A stretch of 64,000 nucleotides of DNA from Eledone cirrhosa. Lineage: Eukaryota. This document shows, piece after piece, positions 54,775-64,000 of the stretch; the stretch's first letter is position 1; every line of letters starts with the position of its first letter. The position numbers and the translations under genes were made by a program. The notes beneath the pieces were generated by a model, which saw only the letters and a program-made list of their open reading frames with translations, did not search any database and was not told the DNA's origin. The DNA lies in NCBI GenBank assembly GCA_964016885.1, contig OZ024746.1, positions 22,320,001-22,384,000 on the forward strand, read 5' to 3'.

Positions 54775-55035
54775 GATTAAAGTCTATTTCGAGCTTGGAG
54801 GCTCATCAGGCCAGTGATTATCCCGGTTTCTGTACAAGACTCCCTCCTGGACAGGAAACCAGTCCACTGTGGAGTTAAACCCCCAGCTATTGCTGGTACT
54901 ATTGCTGAGTATATTGGAGCATTGTGAAATGAAGTGTTTTGCTCAAGAACGCAACACATAACTCAGTCCAGAAATAGAACCCCTGACATTATGATCATAT
55001 GCCAGCGCCCTTACCACTAGGCCATGTACCCCACT
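54775..55035 (-). mobile_element. tRNA-headed SINE family B
   Basis: ggagcattgtgaaatgaagtgttttgctcaagaac..cccttaccactaggcca. Confidence 0.7.
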
Positions 55036-55214
55036 TTTAAGTGACTGAACATTACGCAGGTACTTCTTGTAACTTTAATGTAATCATTAGACAGAATCAG
55101 TTTGATACAAGGTTGGTCCTTTGAATTTCAGATGCAGGCTATATAATGGGCTTCTGCACAATTAATCTCAACCAATTCTTCTCACAAGACTTGCTTTGAC
55201 TTGAGGCTTCGGTA

Positions 55215-56450
55215 GAAAAAAAATTTTCTGCATCGTTTGAAAATTTCTTAACATTTCCCTGAAAAGTTTTTCGAACTTTTCTCAAAGAATTTCATAAAAT
55301 TTTTTCTGAAAACTTTTCTCAAAAACTTTCCTCGTAATTTTCTTTAAAGTTTTCTGAAAATGTTTTCGAAAAAATTTCAACAAAATTTTCTATAACTTTT
55401 TGAAAACGTTTTTAGATGTTATTCTCAAACGTTTTCGAAACTTTTCCCAAAAAGTTTCATCAAAATCTTTCTGAAAAGTCTTCTAAAAACTTTACTCGGA
55501 TTTTTTTTAAAGTTTGATTAAAATGTTTTCGGAAAAATTTCACCAAAATTTCTCGCAAAGTTTTTCTGAAAAGTTTTCTCAAAAACTTTCCTCAAAATTT
55601 TCTTTAAATTTTTCTGAAAATGTTTTCGAAAAATTTTCAACAAAATTTCTCGCAAAATTTTCTGTAACTTTTTAAAAAATTTTTCTCAAATGTTTTCGAA
55701 ACTTTTTCCAAAGATTTTACCAAATCCTTCTGAAAATCTTCTCAAAGATTTCCTCGAAATTTTCTTCAACGTTTTATCAAACTATTTTCGAAAAAATTTC
55801 ACCAAATTTCTAGCAAAACTTCAGCAACATTTTGTAAACTTTTCGAAACATTTCTCTCAAAAATTCCATCAAAATTATTCTAAAATGTTTTCCTAAAAAT
55901 CTTCCTCGAAATTTTCTTTAAAGTTTTATGAAAACGTTTTCGAAAATATTTCATCAAAATTTATCTCAATATTTTCTGAAACTTTTAAAAACATTTTCCT
56001 GAAAAGTTTTCCAAACATTTCCCAAACATTTTATCAAAATTTTTCTTTGAAATTTTCTTTAAAATGTTTTTGAAAAGAATTCACCAAATTTCTATCAAAT
56101 TTTTCTGCAACTTTTTGAAGACAATTTTAAACATTTCGCTCAAAAGTTTTCCAACATTTTCATCAAAGTTTTCTCAAAATTCTTCCCCATTATAGTCTAT
56201 GAATATATTTTCTAAAAAATTTCACCAAAATTTATCGCAACATTTTCTGGAGCATTTTGATAACTTTTTAAAATACTTCTCTCAAAGGTTTTCGAAACAT
56301 TTACCAAAAATTTCATCAGAATTTTTCTGAAAAGTTTTTTCAAAAATCTTCCTCATTTCACTAAATTTCTCACAAAATTTTTTAAAACGTTTTGAAAATA
56401 TTTCTCTCAAAAGTTTTCGAAACTTTTTCCAAAAATTCCATCAAAATAAA
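55215..56450. repeat. Degenerate satellite-like tract of alternating A- and T-runs
   Basis: aaaatgttttcgaaaaaatttcaccaaaattt-like motif recurs at about 55358, 55521, 55617, 55780, 55931, 56061 and 56201. Confidence 0.85.
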
Positions 56451-57511
56451 TTAAAATAAAAACATCTCGATTTGATTGTTCTGTAAAGAGCTCAGTGGAA
56501 AAGACTTGAAAAACCCCATTCCAGACTACACTTATGCAAGTATATTACAGAAAACAATATTAATTATATAATGTATTACATATGACAAGGTACAAAAATA
56601 ATCAGAATGTAAAAATATTACTTACATTACTTAGACCTAATCTAAACCTATTCAGCTGAGAAAAATTTTACCAACTACCAGGGTTAAAATAAACAAGGTA
56701 TAATTTGTGAATTTGAAGACTCAGATTCTCCTCAGTAGATGATATCATTTAATTAGTACAAAATATAATTTGTCCATTATATATATCTAATTTCTGGGTA
56801 GGACTGGAATCACTATTTATAACTGTCATTACCAGTGCTGTTTTGAGCATCAGTATCATGAAAAAATGAAGCATCATTTATGTTGTTACATCATTAATTA
56901 ATTGATAAAAAAAAAACATACTTTCCGCAAAAAAAAAACGAATCTCTGACACCAAATCATACTCGATTATGTGTGACTATCCTGTGAGAATACAAAGTAT
57001 AAACATCATATAGTTCAATCTGATGTCTTATTCTTTTATTCTTTTACTGGTTTCAGTTATTGGACTGCTGCCATGATGACCCACCATGTAGAAGGGATCT
57101 AGTTGATCATATCCAATACAATATTTATTTTATCACTTTCTTTTTGTTGAACCACTAAGTTAATGGATATACACACATTATAAAACAAGAAAAATCTACT
57201 ATCTCTCTGTACTTGTTTTTCTTTAATCCAGATGTTTAATCTTCTGAGGAAATAGAACCTTTTTTAAACACAAACTAGTATAAATTATATACATTATTCC
57301 TTTTGTTTTTATTATTGTAATTATTATCATTAATATTATTATCATAATTACATTTGACCTGGTTCTGTGTTATAGAAACAATTGTAAGAATTAAACAATT
57401 TAAGAACTTCTTTCTGTCATCTTAACTTGTTTCATATATATGTTTCTTTATTAGCCACAGGGGCACAAAAGAAGGGGACAAATACAACTTGTTTCATATA
57501 TAGATATATAA

Positions 57512-57878
57512 TCATTGTCATCGTTTAACGTCCATTTTCTGTGCTAGCATGGGTTAGATGGGTTGTCCCATTAGAGGCAAGTCGGGTCAGATGACCATAT
57601 TTTGCTCATATAGTAATGTTTCTGGCTAGATTTCTATGGCTAGATGAACTTCCTAATGCCAACCACATTTACAGTGTGTGTGTGTGTGCTGGTTGCTTTT
57701 TGTCGTTACACCTACATGACCACTTTACAGTGTGGGATGGATACTTTTTGTAATGACACCTACACAACCACTTTACAGTGTGGGCTGGATGCTATTTGTA
57801 ATGACACCTACACAACCACTTTACAGTGTGGGCTGGATACTTTTTTTGTTGTGAAACCAATATAACTTTACAGTGTAA
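57512..57878 (-). mobile_element. SINE family B 3' part with ~4 copies of the 48-bp module
   Basis: catcgtttaacgtcc..ctagcatgggttagatg.., then ccactttacagtgtggg repeats at 48-bp spacing. Confidence 0.85.
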
Positions 57879-58837
57879 GGGAGAGGGTGGACAGAAGTAG
57901 GTGGGTGAGTGTTGGGGCGTGTGAGGTGTATGAAAGTGGGTATAGTGGTTAAGAGGTGCCTACTAGATGTATGTTTAAGTCATATATACTGCAGTACAAA
58001 TTTGGTATAAATGCCCAAGGGTTTAGAGCACTCAGTCCTTATCGCAGGCTGAATGAGTTGGGGTAAACAACCCAACGAAACTTAAGTACCTGTACATGTT
58101 ACTGTTGTAACTATATATATGTTTGTTTGTGTGTGTGTTGATTTTGAGACAGTGTATTTGCAAAATTAACTGCATAACCACACAGTTATGCCTGTCTGTA
58201 TGTATATGGTTTTATACACACACACACACAGCAATGTGTGCATATATATTTTTTTTGCACAACTACACAGTCATGTCTTCTGTGTGTGTATTTGTATACA
58301 ACTGTGTCTGTATGTGTATATGACTATATGTGGTATGTGTATGAGTTCTTAACAACACAGCCGTTTCTGTGTATATGAATGTGCCCGTTTGTATATGATT
58401 GCGTGTGTATATGAATATGACTGTGTATGTGTATATGTGAGCATGTGTATATGACTGTCTGTGTATGTGTATATGAAATAAATACTATATTTTCTTTTTT
58501 AACCTTATGCACATGGTTTAATATGAAGTTTTATATTTCATCATCATCATCTTCATCCTCATTTTCATCGCTGTTAAATGTCTGCTTTCCCTGCTAGCAT
58601 ATGATTTGTATTATGTTTGTGCATGTGAGTTTATCTGCATATGTGTGTATATGCATGTGTGTGTATATGCATGAGTGTATGTGCATGTGGACATAGGCAT
58701 GCATGAATGTGTGTATGTGTATGTTTGTGGGGATAGATATATGTGTGTTTGAGCTATACAAGCATGGAAATAGGGCATAAAACATTGATGATGTATATAT
58801 GAATATGAATATATACAAATATTTTATGTATATATAT

Positions 58838-59130
58838 ATCATCATCATCACCGTTTAACGTCCATGTTACCATGCTGGCATGGGTTAGATGTGTTATCCT
58901 ATTGTGCGCAATGCCAGGTCAGGTGACCATGTCTTGCTCATACAGAACCGATTTTGGCTTGGTTTCTACAGCTGGATGCCCTTCCTAGTGCCAACCTCAT
59001 TTTCTGGGTGCTTTTTGTCGTGACACCTACATGACCACTTTACAGTGTGGACTGGGTGCCTTTTTGCTGTATCACCATCACAACCACTTTACAGTGTGGG
59101 ATGGGTGCGTTTTTGTCATATTGCCACACG
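58838..59130 (-). mobile_element. SINE family B 3' part with 2-3 copies of the 48-bp module
   Basis: Closely similar to 15750-15960. Confidence 0.85.
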
Positions 59131-59144
59131 CCACATATATATAT

Positions 59145-60065
59145 ATGCTGAAGACATCAGGAGAAGTAGGCACTAAACTGGTTGCATGCATCGTCAATCA
59201 AGCTATATATGGTGGTGTCATATCCAAAGACTGGTGCAGCAGTATTCTCATAAATTGCTACAAAGGTAAAGGGGAGAGGGGCAATTATAGGGGCATAAAG
59301 CTGATGGATCAGGTTATGAAAGTGGCAGAGAGAATACTAGTGCAGCTAATTAGAGAAAGGGTCAAATTAAATGATATGCAGTTTGGTTTTGTGCCTGGGA
59401 AAAGTACAACAGATGCCCTCTTCTTAGTGAGATAACTACAAGAGAGGTTCTTAGAGAAGAATAAGCCACTATACTTAGCTTTTGTTGACCTAGAGAAGGC
59501 TTTTGATACAGTACCCTGATCTGTCGTCTGGTGGTCCCTAAGGAAACTAGGTTTAGAGGAATGGCTTGTGAGGACATGCAAGCTATGTACAGAGGTGCTG
59601 TCAGTAAAGTGAGAGTAGGAATGGAGTTTCGTGAGGAATTCCAGATACACGTAGGAGTACATCAGGGTTCAGCCCTCAGCCCGCTCTTGTTCATTATAAT
59701 CCTCCAAGCCATAACAAAGAAGTTTATGGCTGCCCATGGGAACTTCTCTATGCTGATGATCTGGTTCTTATAGCAGAATCAGTAGAGGAGCTAGAGAATA
59801 AATTCTGGCTATGGAAACAGCAGTTGGAATCATGAGGACTGAGAGTGAACCTAGCTAAGACAAAAGTGTTGATAAGTTAGAAAACAGGACAAAACTCTGA
59901 TTCCATCAGGGAAATGGCCATGTTCGATATGTAGAAAAGGAACTGGCATAAATTCTATAAAATGTTCACAATGCAAATCTTGGGTACACAAGAGATGTAG
60001 TGGGATAGCAGGCAAACTAACAGGTAGGGAAAACTACTACGTATGCAGTAGATGGACAGGGAAAT
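59145..60065 (+). mobile_element. RTE-clade LINE reverse transcriptase pseudogene fragment
   Basis: NYRGIKLMDQVMKVAERIL..QFGFVPGKSTTDALF..AFVDLEKAFDTVP..GVHQGSALSPLLFIIIL..LYADDLVL, then a Cys-rich segment WPCSICRKGTGINSIKCSQCKSWVHKRCSG; stops and frameshifts present. Confidence 0.92.
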
Positions 60066-60327
60066 TTGATAGTAGTAAAGAAAACCTATAAAGAAAACCT
60101 ATAAAGTTTGTTTACAAGTATTTAGACGAAACTTCATCATTTTTCTTGATATACACTCTGTCTGTGCATTGAGTGCTTATTTTAGTATCACAGTAATTCA
60201 CTGAATCACATGCACTAAACATCATCATCATCATCATTTTATGTCCGCTTTTCCCTGCTTGCAAGGGTTGGACGGGTCCTATTCAGCACAGCATCTCTCC
60301 ACTTGTCACGGTCCTTCTATTATTTTA

Positions 60328-61189
<862 letters not shown>

Positions 61190-61272
61190 TTGCTCTATGG
61201 TTCTTATATATTTGATATATATTTATCCTTATTGAGCCCTCTTTGGATTTTAGTCTTCAAATTTATTATTAT

Positions 61273-61309
<37 letters not shown>

Positions 61310-61310
<1 letters not shown>

Positions 61311-64000
61311 CTTTGATAGGTTTCGGCCAGTATTGGCCCAAGCCATGTCTAACTTAATAGCACCATCTTGCGACATCTTACAAATCAGGGTTTGGGCACC
61401 ATGGCCCGCTTGAGCAGATAGTTATTGTTTACGGAGGCATATCCAGGTGTAGGAGGCTTATCCGGGATTTCTTGAAGAAATTTGTCCAAAGACTTCTTGA
61501 ACTTGATGGGGTCTGTTTCTGTTTTGATGTGTTTTGGAGAGTAGGTCTAATTGAGGTGAAATAATTGTGCTGTATTGTTGTTATAAGATGTGAGTGAGAT
61601 TTTTGTCGTGGGCAAAGCTGATGGAATATTTTCCACATGTAGCGTGGATAATGTAGCGCTCACGGCTTTTCTAACCAACTCCAATAGTCAAGGCCTGTCA
61701 TGCCATCTATCTTTTTTGTAATTGATCTTTGGGGTGCTTCAACTTTCATGATACTTTGTTTCGTGTGGAGATACCACAGTGGACAACAGTATTCAAGGTG
61801 GGGTCGGGCAAAAGTGGAGAAGAGAAGGATAACAGTGTGGATATCTCTTGACTGGAAGGTTCTGAGAATCCAGGAACACATTCTGTGGGCCATGTCAACT
61901 TTGCTGTTTATATGAGTGGCCCAGCTTATTTTGTTGTCCACAATTACTCCCAGGTCTCTGATGTTAGATGCCACTAGAGTTTCACCTGAAGGAAGAGAGT
62001 ATGGTAGTTTCAGGGCATCCTTTTTTCCAAAGTGGATTAATTCAAACTTATCCTCATTCAACAGCATATTATTCTTTTCTGCCCATTGGATAACAGCCAG
62101 TAGGTCTGACTGAAGGCAAGTCCGGTCACCCACCTCATTGATGACCCTTTAGTGCTTGGAATCATCTGCGAAGATTCTTATGTTGCTGTGCTTATGTTGC
62201 TGTGCTTGATGATTTTACTCCTTTGACTACAACATGTTGGGTTCTGTCTGTCAGGAAACATTTGATCCACTGTAGTAACCTTCCAGAGACACCAATATTG
62301 GATAGTTTTTTCAATAGAATCTTATGATCAACCCTGTCGAAGGCCTTGCTGAAATCAAGGTAGATGAGATCAGTGTTGGAGTCCTCTCCCAAGGCTCTCA
62401 AAACATCGTCAAAGTGATGCAGGAGCTGCGTTAGGCAGTCCCTTCCATTACAGAACCCATGTTGGTTGGAGTTCAGCAGGCCGTTGCTTTCAAGAAAGTG
62501 GGTTATTCGTGATCTCATCACCCTCTCAAATACCTTGATAATATGAGAGGTGAGTGAGATCGGATGGTAGTTCACTGCAAGGGACTTATTTCCCTTTTTG
62601 AAGACTGGGACAATGGACTGGGACAGAAAGTTTTCAGGAATATACCCAATATCCAGTGAGTTACTCCACAGATTAGCAAGAGGAGATGCAAGTTGGTGTC
62701 GACACACCTTCAGAACACAAGCAGGGAACCTGTCGGGGCCTACTGCTGAATTGTGTTTAATTTCATTTATTGCCGCTAAGACATCAGGGCGCCAAACATT
62801 ATGTCCGATATAGTGTGTTGGGGATTAACATCACTGATACAGCCTAGATCGGCCATATCAGGATTGCCGAAAACAGAGCAGTATTGTCTCTGCAGTATCT
62901 CGCCCATGGTTTTGGCATTATCTTGGAGTGTGCCAGTTTCATCAACTAGGGGGCCAACATTGGAGACGGTGACCATGTGTTTTTTTAGCAAATGAAAAGA
63001 ACACTTTGGGTTTGAGTTTGATTTTCTCAATAGCCCACCTCTCTACAGCTATTCTCTGGTTATTGATGATGGTTTTCATGCATTGTTGGAGGTTATATTT
63101 TTTTTTATTCAAGCAGGGCGATAGCCGTCGAATGTGTGTGTTGCTGTTGGCAGTATTTTAGTGTGTTAACTTTTTTGTTTGTTCTTTTTATTTTACTGAT
63201 AATTGTTTTTTCTGTTTTGGAGGATACTGCACTTAGTTTTGTTCACAGGTTTTGGTGGGGTGTGTTTTGTACATATATTTGTGACAGTGTCTACAAAGAT
63301 CTGCCAAGATGTTTTGATGTTGGTGGAAATGTGTGTGTGACCAGTCAACATGTGATAGTTCGTTCATAATTGCATCCCAGTTGGCATTATAGAGATCCAT
63401 GTTATCAAATGGGTGGGCTGGAAAAGGCTCCTAGGATTAGCTTTCAGCTGGTGGAATCTCAGGTTACAAAGAACCATGTCATGGTCTGAGAGAAGGGTTT
63501 TTTTCACTGTAATATTACGTATAGTGTTAGTGTGGTTACTAAACACTAGATCCAGAATGTTCTTCTGATGCCTTGTTGGTGCAAGGACAAGTTGGGACAA
63601 GAAAAACACAGATATGAAGTCAAGAAGTGACTCAGCTGCTTCTTTGTCAATGGTTGGGGTTGGAGTTTCTGGTTTTAAACTGCTTGTAAACCAATCGACA
63701 CAGGGTAGATTAAAGTCTCCCATCAAAAGTATGTTGCTAGAATGACACTGTTTAATAAAGCATTTAATACTGTTGAGGCATTCTTTGAAGCAGATTATGG
63801 GTGTTTGTGGTGGCCTATAAAGCACATCTAGTATCAGGTCATTGGCTTTATTGTGCTCAGTGACTGATTCACAGTAGCCATTAGAGAATGTTGTGTTACC
63901 ATCTGCTGTAAAGGAATCATGCAGGAAAATGGCAGTTCCACCCTTCCTTCTGCCAACACGATCCGCATGGATGGTTGTAAAATTCCTCACTCTTACTTCG
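61310..64000 (-). mobile_element. CR1-group LINE ORF2 (APE endonuclease plus RT), disrupted; continues past the window end
   Basis: APE: DRVGRRKGGTAIF..LYRPP..LLMGDFNLP..PTRHQKNILDLVFSN..LSDHDMV. RT: PVFKKGNK..NYHPISLTS..KVFER..QHGF..YLDFSKAFDRVDH..FADD..RDLGVIVD..RPHLEYCCPLW. Split into at least 4 ORFs by stops and frameshifts. Confidence 0.93.

Noticed and set aside
56918-57005. Minus-strand acceptor (ttctcacag) and donor-like (gtatgt) pair
   Set aside because: Stops in all three frames and no partner exons; at most a non-coding exon, which sequence alone cannot support.

Overview
AT-rich, repeat-saturated animal genomic DNA in which I can recognise no host protein-coding exon, so it is intergenic or a large intron. 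The repeat inventory (tRNA-headed SINEs with (GAT)n/(AAT)n tails, RTE, CR1-like, CRE-like and Penelope-like retroelement relics, decayed Tc1/mariner transposases, dense (TA)n/(CA)n/(GAT)n microsatellites) suggests a mollusc, most likely an octopus; this is inference, not a database result. Nearly all ORFs in the track are microsatellite or minisatellite artefacts or broken transposon ORFs. Main points of interest: (1) several Penelope-type minimal hammerhead ribozyme motifs, two with intact cores inside a ~315-bp non-coding element that carries an identical 42-bp terminal module in opposite relative orientations; (2) one 48-bp segment of a SINE that has amplified independently into tandem arrays at 5-6 loci (up to ~69 copies, one with a 288-bp higher-order period); (3) a perfect 68-bp MADE1-like mariner hairpin MITE; (4) a 624-bp element with perfect bipartite inverted repeats; (5) a locally templated insertion inside a SINE. 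Boundaries of decayed repeats were read by eye and are approximate (tens of bp).
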